Positions 40,801 to 54,202 of a stretch of 64,000 nt of DNA are shown piece after piece. Source of the stretch: Tubiluchus corallicola. Its lineage: Eukaryota > Animalia > Priapulida. The translations under genes and the position numbers were made by a program. Numbering within the stretch: position 1 is the first letter of the stretch; the number at the start of each line of letters is the position of its first letter. The notes under the pieces are model-generated. The model did not search any database. It had not been told where the DNA came from and saw only the letters and a program-made list of their open reading frames with translations. The stretch lies in NCBI GenBank assembly GCA_030141605.1, contig JAQGDQ010000004.1, positions 1,674,001 through 1,738,000 on the forward strand, read 5' to 3'.

Positions 40801-41386
40801 AAATATGCATTACTTTGCAAATTTTCATAATTTTAAACTTCTTAGCATCATGGAAATTATTCAATACAAAATATATAGTAATCTGACGTGAAGTTGAACA
40901 GGTGAATCATTTATATGAATAATCAAAACAAAAATGGCAGCAGTTTGCATAAAACTTACAATTAATTTTCTCTGACAACAGCGTATATGGTAAAACTGAA
41001 AGAATTTGCTCAGAAGAATTACTCTGGCATGCATGTGAAAATCTCTGCACTTTTGCTTTAATTTCATCTAGTATAATTGCAATATCCAAATTTCAACTAA
41101 ATACAAGTATGCAAGTTTATTTGACTAATATTTCTAGCTACTACTACTACTACTACTGATACTAATAATTGTTACCTACCTTGTCGTATTTACACTTTGA
41201 ACATAAATTTTATCTTAACAAAACACCAACAACATAAAATAAAAACGTTTAGTTCCTTCTTTTGTCTTTTAAATTTCTACTAAGTGTATATTATAAGTAA
41301 CTTATATTTTTATAAGTGGCTTTACCTCAACAAGTAACTAAATTCACTTTTTAAGGAAAGTTTAAAGTACTGAATCCTAACCAGAT

Positions 41387-41661
41387 CTAATCGTTTTTAT
41401 ACATATTCCTGTTCTCAAACGTGACAGTATTAGCTGCTATTGTCTCAGCTTTATGGAGTTCATTTTTCACGCAGGGCAGGCTGCCGTTTTGAAGAGGCTC
41501 CCTTCTGCCGTAGAATAGTTTCCGCGACTGCTGTAACAAATTTCGTAAGGCCGAAAAAATCAGCCAAGAGAGGGCAGCAACAGAAACAATTCCTAGCGCA
41601 ATAAATCCCATGATGCTAACAGCACATGTCAGAAAGACTGTTCCTATCGTCAACAAGGTGC
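41387..41661 (-). CDS. LDAF1: LDAF1 / promethin / TMEM159 (lipid droplet assembly factor), last coding exon
   Basis: Acceptor ttttgcag|GC at 41661 completes the phase-1 Gly; reads GTLLTIGTVFLTCAVSIMGFIALGIVSVAALSWLIFSA...MYKND*. The joined FIFVEGTLLTIG and the long hydrophobic hairpin are typical of promethin. Confidence 0.85.
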
Positions 41662-42143
41662 CTGCAAAAGAAAAAAGGCTGTTTTTAGGATATGAAATAC
41701 AGATAACAAAACACTATAAAACAGCTTTATAGCCCCATGATAAGTGGCAGCAGTGGACAAATCTGACCAGCAGCAATGATCTTCTAAAACATTAGTGCAA
41801 GCATTAATTACCAAACTACACGAATTAACTAACAATTTGAGCGCAAAGAAACTAGTATAAATAAGAAATAATTTATGTTAATTGGTGTACAATTTTTACT
41901 TTTTCGAGTATTATCCAATAACAAGGCATTGTACTACAGGATTTCAAGCAAAATTAAGAAATAATAAATACAGCTATATCAGGGTATAATTTTGCCAGTT
42001 TCAAGTAACGTCGATAAGCACTATTCTAACCAAGTGATCAAGAAAAGAAATTGCAATTACGAGCTTTGCAAATTTTAAATTTCCTACAGGTATTTCTAAC
42101 TTTACAATTCAAGACACGTTGCAGTAATATTTACTGTAATCTA

Positions 42144-42896
42144 TCATAATTGGTAGCTATTCGTCTCTTCCAAAAACAGAGAATATTTACCAAGTTTTTT
42201 CTTTTTCATCTCTGACTGTATAGTTTTCTGATTTCTTCTCATATTAATATCCAATGCGTACTTTGCGTAGCTTGTGATGGATGACATACATGTTGCACGA
42301 GTTGGAGAAGGGGAAGAAGGTGGTGACTGTAACGACAGCGGTGGCAAACTACAATTCTTTGAGCCCAATAAACAACAACTGGGTAAAACTGAAGGAGGAG
42401 GCGATTCTATTCTTTCTGGCGAACTTGCCGATAACTTAAGTTCTTTATATTCTGGCACAGGCTCAAGTCCGTCAGGTTTCGCTACTAAATCGAACTGTTC
42501 TAACCTACACAAATTTGAGGATGAACACCTGACGCCAACATTTAAATTATCAGTGCTATCGTAATATCGATGACAGCTTCCTTGGCACAGCATCAAACCA
42601 AATTTCATTCTTAAGTTGAAGAGAGATGTCTCAACATCATCCTGATGGTCGCAATTCATGCTGGATGACATCTGGCAGCTCGATACGAAACACTTTCCAC
42701 ACACGGACGTGGCTTGTCTTTTCTGCAGATGTTGTGAGCGGTCCAAAGTCGGCAACCATGAAGACCTCTTGTTATGCAATGAACATGGTTTATTTGTTGG
42801 CTGCGTCTTCTGCAAAGGCAGACAAGTAGAGCACTTGTGGCGCTTTAAGTGCGGCCCATTCTCGTGTGGTAATGACATGTTCGGTAAGGAACACAT
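42144..42896 (-). CDS. Uncharacterised 250-aa Cys/Ser/Pro-rich ORF nested in the LDAF1 intron
   Basis: 753-nt open frame from ATG 42896 (MCSLPNMSLPHEN...) to TGA 42144, GC-richer than its flanks. No family recognised. Confidence 0.55.
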   Translation of the reverse strand: MCSLPNMSLPHENGPHLKRHKCSTCLPLQKTQPTNKPCSLHNKRSSWLPTLDRSQHLQKRQATSVCGKCFVSSCQMSSSMNCDHQDDVETSLFNLRMKFGLMLCQGSCHRYYDSTDNLNVGVRCSSSNLCRLEQFDLVAKPDGLEPVPEYKELKLSASSPERIESPPPSVLPSCCLLGSKNCSLPPLSLQSPPSSPSPTRATCMSSITSYAKYALDINMRRNQKTIQSEMKKKKLGKYSLFLEETNSYQL

Positions 42897-45202
42897 AATG
42901 CACGGCAATTAATTATGCCACACCTGATTTAACATCAGCAAAGTCCTACAGACAATACGCTCTATACGATTGTTCTTAACACTCTCAGTGGAACAAGTTT
43001 TTGCAACAACAAGGAAAACTAGCACAGGCACTACTCCCGAGGAAACCTAGACGGGACTAGAAATTCAAGGTTATAAGCAATATTTCAATGACCCCAGTGA
43101 CAGCTCTGCTTGCTAAGTGCAGAGTACAAGACACTACATCAACACGGAGAATTTATGCAACACCGCTTGCTTTCATTCATCCAATCCGCGAGGCTAGAGA
43201 AATCTATAAATAAACATGTGCAAGGGTTTAATCTAGTGGCCTTGATCAAATCAAGGATAGGGTTATAGGTGTTTTCATGCGCAGTTGCCGGTAATACACA
43301 TACATTGATAAAAGAGCTCCTATCAGCAACCTTTAAACCAGTGTCTATCAGAAAGGCGCACATAAAGGAGTGGTGAATTTACCAAAATTAGACGGTAAAA
43401 CAGGAAGTCGACACAGAGAAAATTAATTGTAGCCCATAAGAAAGTTTATACCTATATAGGCAACTTTAGAGCAGAGGTTTCCAAAAATAACCGTGTAAAA
43501 TTTTTACGAAAAAAAAATTTAATGTGAAAGCATTAAAACTCACCGCAAAAATTGTTAGCAGTTTAAAATTCCATACAAACTGATGACACATTAATAAGTG
43601 TTCTGTGCTACATATACATACACATTTATTACGAAATAATAAATACATTTTTGTTAATTCAAAACATTCATGAATACATGCGTTAATGAGCGAACCTAGC
43701 GAAACTTTAATGAAATGAAAAATGAAAAAAAGATTTACTGATTTAACGAATCAACAACCGATAAAATGAATGGCAGGTTTCATAAGTAATTGAAAGAACA
43801 GACATGACTGGACAGCTAAACAAACGGCCAAATATATAAAGATAAACTAGTCTGGAATGTGAAGCATTGGGCGACTTGCTTATTTAGGTTTTTCTGCGTA
43901 ACTTCCACGCTATATCGTTTAGAACACTATCGCTACCTACTACACTCACAGCCTTATTTCAGTCAAATGCAACTTTTCTCTACACCTTCCATTCTCTCAC
44001 TTTCTCCCTCTCTTTCTCTCCCCTCTTTCCCTTACTCTGTTTCTCTCTCTCTTCCCTCTCTTTTTTCTCTCACCTCCTCTCTCATTCTGGCCATTACCTG
44101 TTTAGCTTTCCCTGTGAAATTCAATATTAAACTATTAAAAGTATTTGCGTGTAATACACCGCAGTAGTATTGTACAACTGTCAACACATGCTCAAAGAAG
44201 TTGTCCTATTGCAATAATACTTAACCGTCGAAAAATCAGTCGCATTTCGGAGGGAAATACTTTTTTTCGAAAAACGAATGGCTGACGGCCACACGGCAAG
44301 GCATGACAGCGGTCAAGACGATATAAAAAATCGGCTGCAATGACTGTAATAAGGTAGCTGTTAACAGATTATGGATGCGCGTTTATAGTTGCATGAATCT
44401 ATATTTTCATAAAAATTTATCACGCATTGTTTGCTCACAACGAGATGGAGTAAATAACAAGGTTATGTGTTACATCCGTGGTTACATGAACAAGAACAAA
44501 AAAGGATACGAGAACAATATCACGGCAAACGGAACGGCTCTATAGAATTATTCGCAAGAGAAACCCCAAAGATATAGGTCATCCCGGAAAGGCAATAAAT
44601 ATTAGTTTATCCACCTCATACGCATAATGGGGAGAATCACTGTCCTAAAATGCCAATACAAACTTGAACTTCGTCCAATGATTAACACGTGAGATTAAAG
44701 TATAAAGCACTCAAGAAAGTTTTAAAGGATCACAATTACACAAACACAAGGAAAATGTGTGAGATGCATGGGAAACTAACACATGCTGATTTACACAGTT
44801 GACAACAACTCTTTAAGGTATCTGCCCTGTCAACCAAAACAAGATGTAAGATGAGTCAAGAGAGTTCATTTCTAGCTAAGATTAGTCACCTCAAGTTAAA
44901 GACCTAATTTTCAAGCTTTAACGTTGATCACCACTACGCCATGTGCTAACTGCATGAACGAAGCATGTTCCACATAATGTAGTAGCCATGAAATGATCCC
45001 ATCCTATTTCGTTTATAAAAACGCGTGTGCTAAATGAATGAACCTCCCATGATTTATAATGATGCCGTTTGCCTTTGCCAACAGAAAGAAGGTGCATATT
45101 TTCAACTTTTTTTAAATAATATAATAATAAAAAATAAACTTGTATATCTGCCTTTCTCAGTTCTGCTAAGCACACAGTAATAACCAACACACTTGCTTTC
45201 AC

Positions 45203-45288
45203 GCTCATAGAAAAACACATTGTGACAGAACACTTCACAGTTAGAGCTCATAGAAAAACACATTATGACAAAACACTTCACAGTTAGA
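45203..45288. repeat. Tandem duplication, 2 x 43 bp
   Basis: gctcatagaaaaacacattgtgacagaacacttcacagttaga followed by a copy with 2 substitutions. Confidence 0.9.
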
Positions 45289-47744
45289 ACCCATATAGAT
45301 GTACCCTCCCCATTTTGCGAAATGACTCAAGATTCTCGCGATATAAAGTCAGTAGCAATCAACGCAGAAATGTGGGCAATGTGACACCTAAAGTTACACA
45401 AAACATTGCATCTCCCTGGGCACACAGTTCACACTGACCTGATGCGAATTCTCTGAAGTAATGTATGCATGTTGTAGATCACGTACACACACAATTACAA
45501 CAACAGCTGACCACTACATGGCGTACATGCAGCAACTGACCACTGTCCAGCAGCATGCGCAGATGGCATGGGTAGCGCATGATCTGAACTGACCTCTCAA
45601 TCTTCTTGTATGTATGAGTGCAGGCCTTGCACAATGATTGCTCAACAGACAGCAGCAATAATTATTTGTTTTGTTCATGAAAGCAGGTATATATCAAAAA
45701 ATTTCCACATTTAATTGCTTACGCTGAAGTGAAAGTGTGGGTTAGCAACTTAAGCTTTCATTTAAAAAAAGCATCACGCCGGTTAAAAATCTCAAGCTGG
45801 CACTACCAACTGAATGAAAAAACGATTTTTTTGTTGCTTGTTAAAAAATTATTGCGGTGTTTCCTTACAGTAATAGTGTACGTAAACTTGAAATTTATAT
45901 TACAAAAATAATTATTTAGTTTAAAAAAAGAGAGCACGTGCCTTAAACGCTAGCGTAGCCAGGCAGAACGCGACAAATGATGCAAAACTTCACCGCGGAG
46001 CATGACAGAAACTTTCCAACGATAGCTGATGGAAAATTCCTCTCTACTGCAAACTGAGTGGCTAGTTAGAGTTGCGGTCAAGTGGGCCATAATCTGAAAT
46101 AACAATTAATAACGAAGTGGGTAACAGCAGTACATTTACTAACAACCGTACATGCTTAGAACACTGACCCTCATTCCTCGGTTCTCAGTATAATGTAATT
46201 TTGGGTCCAAACTGCTGCTAGTCATTAACGAATCACAAGAAAACTTCTGCTTGACTTTTGAAAAAATCAAGCAAATCGAATGACTGTGGAGAAAGACAAA
46301 ACACGTCGATCGTCGATCATTTAGAATTTCAGTCACTCAGTCGTTGAGATACTCTATCTTCAACACCATACAGCTGCGCAGTATCCCAGCTGCATAGAGG
46401 CACTATCGTCATCACATTTCCTTCAGAGTTAAGGTTGCCAAAATGCGTGGACACATCAAAGCCATCATCATATCATATTGTTGATTATTATGTCGTCGAT
46501 AATGTATAAATACTACCCTAATCAGACAGTAGAATATTAGAGCTACAGATCGTGTGATGACAAATTTTCATATCCTTATTATACATCAATATGAAAAGAC
46601 CGAAATGATCTTGTTGTGTAGAAACACCACTGCCAGAACAACTAAGTTACCGCTATGTAGGCGTCCTAGAATGGCGCTCCTGCCTATGTAGACCACATCA
46701 CTAATTACCAAAATTACGATTACGAAGTTCGGTTTGATGATCAATCTCACTAGTACCTACAGCTAGAAAGCTGTTAGGGATGTCATTTTTATCACTGTGG
46801 TAGTAGCAGTACAGTTATTTGAACAATTTAAGCTCCTGACAGTTTGTTTTTAGAAACAATGGATAAAATACGTTGCACTGAATAAAGCACTCTATTTTGC
46901 CTAGAAACTTGTATTAGTTTAGGAGGCATTCTAGGAGCATTCCTAGTGATACTCTAAATTGGAATTTAGCTTCTAATTGAATCTTTTTTGTACAGAAATA
47001 CACAATATAGTACCTTCTCAGTAAAGCGACAAAATAGGTGTTCCAAGTACTGTGAAGTGCTTTTGGCCATAGAAGTAATGAATTAAGATAACTGATTATG
47101 ATAATATGATTATAATTATAACCAACATTTAACAGTCTACAACAAATCCCAAATAGTTTTCGGGCATTATAAACATCGAATATTGCTGCCATGCATCATA
47201 CTGCATTTAGTGCGAAATCATAAAACACAACAAAAATGATGTTTATAAAGAATTACGGTTGTACAACAGACTCCTAACTGCTTGTACTGTAGTGTATTAA
47301 TAATATTTCCCAACTGTGAATAATGACGCACAGGAAAAGCAAGTATATTTCTTTAACCTTATGATATGTCTATGATTCGGTAAACACGGTTAGGCATTAT
47401 GGGAAGAAAACCACATCAGAATTTTCCATGTGACTTAATGATGGAGTAATCCCACAATTATAAACTTGTGTGTGAAATGTGAATGAATCAAGCCTAGATT
47501 TAACCAGAACCTTTGACTCACAGTCAATGCCATACCTAGCAGACCACATAGTTCATACGATTAAAATATGTGGGTTTACTTCACCTGTGCATACTACATG
47601 GCCAACTGAACCTTGGAAACGCGTAATAAATTATAAATTATTAACTTGATAGTCACGTGAAAGCAAGCATTAATTTATAAGCTGAATGATATGTTCTAAT
47701 TGTGAAATAGCTTAGTGTTATTTAGAATTTCATAGAATACAAAC

Positions 47745-47973
47745 CTTCTACAAATATAAACCCTAGCAACGTCACTCCAACAGCAAGGCAGCAGAAAGCC
47801 AACCAGGGTAAGATCCACAAAATGATGAAGATGGCACCTATAGTGATGTAGGGATGATCTTGGCTGTATTGTTTTGTGGTTTGCCAGGCCTCAGCAATAC
47901 GGGGAGCATAAGCATCATACAATCGCTGACATATACGAATAGCACGTTGCTGCAGTTCCTCAAGTTGATCCAT
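47745..47973 (-). CDS. LDAF1: LDAF1 / promethin, first coding exon (exon 47979-47745)
   Basis: ttgcag|gaaatcATG start and GAA G|gtttgt donor. Encodes MDQLEELQQRAIR...DHPYITIGAIFIILWILPWLAFCCLAVGVTLLGFIFVE. The two exons total 504 nt (167 aa). Confidence 0.85.
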
Positions 47974-48169
47974 GATTTCCTGCAACAACCCAGAAAACAA
48001 TAACTGTTAGCACCTCGTTTTCCAAAAAGACAAAGATAAAATTAGAGAAATAAATTCTGTCTGAGGTTAAAAATGAAACAGTCTGTAGTGGTTGACAAGA
48101 CTGCAGACGAATTAGTCGTCTTTGAGAAAAGCATCAAAGCCATACCATGAAAATTATAGCAAACGAGAG

Positions 48170-48174
<5 letters not shown>

Positions 48175-48232
<58 letters not shown>
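48175..48232. repeat. (GA)n microsatellite
   Basis: Perfect GA run of about 29 units. Confidence 0.98.
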
Positions 48233-48235
<3 letters not shown>

Positions 48236-50057
48236 GAAAAAGTCTTGGTAACTGGCAGAAATTGAACATGTAAAAATTCATAGATGGATTTGATAAACAA
48301 GGATCAAGAAAGACAAGATTGTGCAAAGGACACACGATGATGATTTATGACAGCCCAGTTAATTTAATTTAACTTGCCGAAATGTGCAAATACATTGAAA
48401 GAAGTCGTCAAAAGACAAACAAATAACTGCTAACTATTTATTTTATCTGACTGGATTTTGCCAGCCTGAAAAACAGATTTTGGATCATGTGTGTGTAGTC
48501 TGGTGATTACATAATAGTTAATTACACCTGTTCTCTCAACAGGCAGACTCTGGGAGAATAGGCTAGGTAGCCAAAAGAATTAGCAACACCGTATTTTTCG
48601 CCGCCAAAATATATCTATGATCTAAATTTTTAAGCTGATGTACTTGAATATTACAGGAAAAATTTAGACAATTTGAAATACATATAATTCACGCCAATCG
48701 TCGTTGTATAAAACTGACAAAATTTATTAAAACAAAAAACTTTAAAATTATAATATTTCACTTTTATCAGTCTTTTCAGTAACAAGCAAGATGATAATTA
48801 GAGGACGAAAAAAGTTAAAGGAAAAAACAAACGACAACAAGATCACGAATGGGAGTAATTAGAAAAACTTGAGAGACTACAGAAAATAAAAACAATAACG
48901 AAGGGACCAGCAAAAAGAGAAAAACAAATAAGAACAGAAACAGGACACAATTTTTAGCCTAAAGGTAATAAATAGGACTTAGAAGTAGATTTTGCAATCA
49001 AAATGCAGTATTAATTTTATCAATGGAAAATCTTCATATTGTAGAAACATTTCAAAGTTGTTGTATGAGCTGTAAAAAAAGGATTCTGTGGCACTATTTA
49101 CCACTTACCAGCACAATGCCAATATAACCAAGCTATCATAATTTTTGCATTAATTGCATAACGCACATTAACAGTTTTTGCCTTTTAGATTAATTATTAC
49201 TTGGTGCATTTTATCTATCTCAAAGCCACACTGACACTAAGGGTTTACAAAGACTAGTAAACCTACATCGTCAATAAGCCTTCAGATTATGAAAATTATA
49301 TTTCCATATAATAATTATAATAATCTAATTTCAATATTTCTTTTGATAACCCTCTCTGGGTGGTCAGTGTCGTGTGATTACTGGATATAAATATTTACAG
49401 AAATCAAGTATTTACTTGTTGGGATAATAACAATAATTGCACGATGAATAAAATAAATGTATATGGTCTTGGCTTATTGATAACAAGCTCCAAACAACCC
49501 TTTTATCACAGCTTTCCTAATGTTATGATAGATATCCGATGTGTGTGTTGTATTTAGAAAGTTATTAACAGCTATTATCAATATGTCAAAACTGTGCTAA
49601 GCTAATAATAGTTACCAGACCAGACATGTAAACATTGACTTCAGCATCAAAGTACAAGACTTTGACACAGTTTTAAGTTTTATTTTGTATCTAGCTTTTG
49701 CTTGTCAAACAAATTGCAATGTTTGTCTGGAGTAAAGGTTTATTATACAAGGTCTTACTAACCCTGACAGGAACGATTTACCATTTTGTAATGATAAAAA
49801 GTTGTACGTGGCAACAAGCATGTTACATTTCATCGTCGAACGAAGAAACATCAGTTATTAACAGTGAAAACCCCTGGGCTCACGGTCTGCTCACCATATG
49901 CAAATTAATTCATGCTAATAAAAAATTTAGCAATAATGGATTAGTTCGTCAAGCAGGCGATGAAAAATTAAATAATGAAATTTAATTAATCTTGGAATAC
50001 TGCGACTACCATTTGAAAAGCTAAAGAATGTGAAGCAGTGAAATTGTCCTTTAAGAC

Positions 50058-51833
50058 TAGCGTTTACGCGGGTAGCAAAAATCAGCTCGGGTAATAAGGA
50101 ATCAGCTTTTCCTTATACAGGTCGGGTAACCGAGTACCCAATTGTTAATAATCTACTGCAGTAGAAAAATTGAATTCCTTTATATTCACAAATAAAAATA
50201 GAACTACTGATGATTTTCAACTGCAACTGACATTAACAACCAGCATTCAGTTGCTACACGCTGAGGGCCTGAACACGAGCTACGAGAGTCGCGAAAGTTA
50301 CTGTTTTCCCACACAAGGCATTTGACAGCGTTTTTATCTGCCTGTGAGACTTCTTGATTACTGTATTGCACACTGCATCAGTCAGCTTGTACCGCCAATG
50401 GTACCGCGTTGAGCACTATTAATGCACCTCATGGATAGGGAATAAAATAACCTACATGTATATTAACCTTATTTTATGTAGTGTTAAAATTAGCAGTTCG
50501 TTTATTCGTATCTTAGTTAATGGCCTGAAATAGGTTTTTAAAGGCTAATAAACAATTTCATTTGGATAATTAACCGCCTGGTAAAGAAATCATAGTTTGT
50601 TTTTTGTAAACCACCCCTACGGCAAAAGTAGTTTGAGCTGCCATCTCCCTGCTGGCTGTTGACAGGGTGGGCTGCTGCGCGGTAAAAATGGCACAGGAAA
50701 AATGGCACAAGAAAAAATGGGACAAATGGAAAAGTAGGTAAAAATGGCACAAAAGAAAAAGTAGGAAAAATGGCACATATGTTATTTTGACGCAGTTAAT
50801 TTTTATAATGAACATAGAATGCACTTAGTAGGAACCGGGTCTCTACCAAAGCAAATAATCCTAAAATTATTCGCCTGATTCTTTTGATTAAAAAAACGTA
50901 AAACAAAGATAAACAAACAAACACGCAAAAACGTACCTGTATTGGTATTATATAGACTAGCATAAGACTCACAAAATATTTTGAACATTAAATAGAATTA
51001 TAATCAATAATTTACAAATATTCCACATAGTATTTATTTACTTTTCTTTAACTATTAATTTTGGCATGGTAATAGGCTGATATATACGTATTTACATACT
51101 AAGTCAGGTTATAAGGCTATGCATAAAAGCAAAGGTTATAGATAGTGTGATACACAGTTTCCAAGCGAGAATTTCTCAAAATGGAAACTGGAACTAACTC
51201 GTATTTGTTTGTCGTGCTGGAGATAATACAAAGGAAGTACGAAACACTCCATCTGAGACTTCCACAAAGTGTTTCACGAATGTTTTTTGTTAATGGTGTT
51301 CAGTCAAATTTTGCGAAAAAAGAACTGGTGAATGCCCACTTGGCACCCTACACCTGCCTTCTCCAAACATTTCGTGGAAATCTGTTAGGTAGTTTTTCTG
51401 TAATAGGCTTACTGCCATAACAACCAACCCAACAAACAAACTAGTAAACTGTGTTGAAGCATAACTTGCTTGGTTGAGGTGAAAATACTAAAATAGTTAT
51501 CCCCGCAGTAAAACCCCAACCTTAAACTAATATTTTACTAAATGTGCCATTTCTGCCATTGTTTCCTGTGCCAGTTTTACTTATGTCATTTTTTCCTGTA
51601 CCGTTTTTGCCTGTGTCATTTTACTTGCACTCCAACACAGCAGTTCAAAGTATGCTAGTAGGTACCTACTGTAAAGAGCACTTCAGAAGGTGGCATTTAA
51701 ATTTTAAACTCTGTAACAATAATTATCCTATTAAACATATTGTTTGCATTTTCATTGTTTGAACTGGGTAGATATATAAGGCTCTGGTTATAAACAATAC
51801 AGCTAATTACTGGGTTACCCGATTGTAACACTA
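50058..51833. mobile_element. Possible old hAT-like non-autonomous element hosting a nested insertion
   Basis: Left tag...tcgggtaaccgagta and right tactgggttacccgattgtaacacta are inverted matches; tttaaga occurs on both flanks (TSD-like). Confidence 0.35.
50674..51633. mobile_element. Foldback-type non-autonomous DNA transposon with internally repetitive TIRs
   Basis: Left array of (g)gaaaaatggcac units (50680-50780) and inverted array of gtgccattt/gtgtcatttt units (51543-51633). Confidence 0.65.
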
Positions 51834-52021
51834 TTTTAAGAGGGTGTCTATAATTTGTAAAACTAACAATAAGACACCTGGCTAAGACTCTGCAGTCTAT
51901 ATTAAACTTTAGAGAAGAGTAATATTAAATTTTTAAATTCTGTGTCAGAAAATGCTTCTGATGGATTTTTTCCATGAACCTTAAATTTTAATTTTTTTCA
52001 CTTGTCTTGTTTTTTATGGTG

Positions 52022-52172
52022 ACTGGTAATAAAGTCATAGGAAAAAAGTCATTGAAAGAACTCATAATTTTGACTAGGAAAAAAGTCACAATTAATTTTG
52101 GCTAGGGTGAGGGTTATTTTTTTTCCAGTGACGTTCTTTCTTGTGACTTTTCTGTGACTCTTTTACCTGGAT
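52022..52172. mobile_element. Small foldback-like MITE
   Basis: ggaaaaaagtca(c/t) units on the left and inverted gtgacttttc units on the right. Confidence 0.55.
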
Positions 52173-52277
52173 TTGTTTTCACAAATATGTATTTACTTGT
52201 TGTAAATAACATTGATCAGCTTGCTTGTGTCATTGTATAAAAATACAACAGTGTTTTTTTTTGTTTTTTTTTACATA

Positions 52278-52283
52278 TTTATT
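52278..52283 (-). terminator. Candidate polyadenylation signal of the Gly-rich protein gene
   Basis: AATAAA on the minus strand about 220 nt after the stop codon. Confidence 0.5.
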
Positions 52284-52503
52284 GCATTGTTAGTTACAAA
52301 AAAGATAAAGAAATGGCCTTGTGAATGACACAATTGCTTAACACGTGTAGGTCAATGCTTGAAGAATCTCATCAGAATTACTGATAATTTAAAAGCTTTC
52401 ATGATGCTATTAATACAAATATTGTAAAAGTTTAGGAATTGATCATTATGGGTACAGCAACTTGCAATTAGAAAATATTTAAAATTCTTGAATCACCACG
52501 GAT

Positions 52504-53214
52504 TTAATAAACTTTCCTTTGAGCTGTTACAGGGACAGCACTTCTAGGTCCACTGTGCAGAGATGGGGCCTCAATCTTCACAGTCTGGAAATTGAAACGT
52601 GGCTGCCTCTCGAAAGCATAAGCAGCACCTTGTCGGCTGCTACCTTCTCCACTAGCTGTCTGTGTATATTGCTGAGTAGCATCCTGACTTGCTGTGCGGG
52701 AAGCAGACAATTCAATTCCAGCTTCTCCGCTTCCGGATCCGGTTCTCTCGGCAGAGCTGGATTCTGTTTGGCTAGCTGTCCCAGATCTGTACCGTTGACC
52801 AACAACAACTTGTTCTTGCTGAACATTGTTGCGAGCCTGTTGTGGAGCCAAGTTGAAGGCAGCTTGGCGAGCTGCATTGAAGTCAAAAGCATCAATGGCG
52901 ACATATGTTCTTCCAAAATCATCTATGCCGAAATCATCAAATCCAAATTGAGCTGCGAAGTTTTCAACAGTGATTGGTCCTCCTCCAATGCTTCCACTGC
53001 TGGCAGCACCTCCTCTGAAGCCTCCACCAGTAAGGATAGCACCACCTCCAAAGCTGCCACCAGTGCGAATAGCACCACCTCCAGCGATTGTACGACCACC
53101 ACCCTGAACAATGCCAAAAGGACCTCCTCCTCTCAACAAATTGATTCCTTGAGTGCGGTAGTCACCCAGAACTCCAGTCAGACAAGCCAGAAATACTACT
53201 GCCAAGGTATTCAT
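52504..53214 (-). CDS. Secreted glycine-rich low-complexity protein (236 aa), possibly structural or cuticular
   Basis: Intact ORF; signal peptide MNTLAVVFLACLTGVLG; GGG-rich repeats; acceptor ttttcag|ttcatcATG at 53220. Confidence 0.9.
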   Translation of the reverse strand: MNTLAVVFLACLTGVLGDYRTQGINLLRGGGPFGIVQGGGRTIAGGGAIRTGGSFGGGAILTGGGFRGGAASSGSIGGGPITVENFAAQFGFDDFGIDDFGRTYVAIDAFDFNAARQAAFNLAPQQARNNVQQEQVVVGQRYRSGTASQTESSSAERTGSGSGEAGIELSASRTASQDATQQYTQTASGEGSSRQGAAYAFERQPRFNFQTVKIEAPSLHSGPRSAVPVTAQRKVY

Positions 53215-54202
53215 GATGAACTGAAAAGGTAGAAAAAAAGCTCAATGATACCAATATTTTATGAGATCATTATATAGTAATATGTAACCACCTTTTGTAA
53301 ACATAGTAGGCTCAACAACACTAGCAGTGTATGTAGCCTAAATATCTATTAGCCAGCCTAGACTATGGCAGAATTCCCACAGTTTAGAATAGAATGTTAC
53401 TCGAAAAAACCAAATAGCAACATCAAGTGAGTATCTTGCAACTATTAATGCATTTAATTCGTTTTTAAATTTAAAAATCCAGAAATTCTGTCATTTCAAT
53501 TATGATTTTGGTATTTAACATTAAAAATTTAATCCAAATTGACAGATTCAATTTACAAAGAGTACATTAGATTTAAACCATATCGTAAACACAATGTATT
53601 TAGAAAATGATACTAGAAAAAAAACTTCTACAAAGTGAATAAACCACCTCAACGTCAATAATATTTAAAGCAAAAAGTAACTGGAGGAAAATTTATCTGA
53701 ATACAGAGTATTTAGTACCAAAAAATTAAGAAAAATAAATAAATTAAAGCCTTATAAATGGACAATATCATTTACTACATAATTAGGTGTGCATTAATGG
53801 TATTCCGTAACTATATACCAAACATCTAAATATGTATTGAGCAGTCGAAGAAACAATTATTCAAAACATGACTTTCTTATTCAATTAATATAGTAATATG
53901 ACAGCAAAAATGTAACAAAAAAAATAAGTTTTTCACACTTTTGTGGCAAACATGTATCACTTTAATCAAAATATTTTCCTTAACAACAGAAAAATATAAG
54001 TAAATGGTGAAAATTACATTTTCAGGTGCATATCAATGAAAAAAAATAGATATTAATTACAAAGTGAGCATCATATTTCATGATCCCTACTTATATTATG
54101 TATTCATGTATTTTCCTTCTGAAAGCGATTATTTTACAAAGTAGCACGACACAGAAAAAGCAGTTTTACAAAACACAGTAAATAAAATAAGACAAAACTT
54201 AC

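Noticed and set aside
42274-42912. Plus-strand ORFs of 96, 67 and 84 aa, one Cys-rich
   Set aside because: Short or interrupted by stops; better explained as antisense shadows of the longer minus-strand ORF.
44300-44900. Possible RTE/LINE remnants here and near 38100-38800, 48780-48960 and 61560-62020
   Set aside because: Only faint motif traces; boundaries cannot be supported without a repeat library.
52519-53232. 237-aa plus-strand ORF antisense to the Gly-rich gene
   Set aside because: Starts at TTG, coincides with the sense CDS and lacks promoter or splice support; likely a codon-bias shadow.
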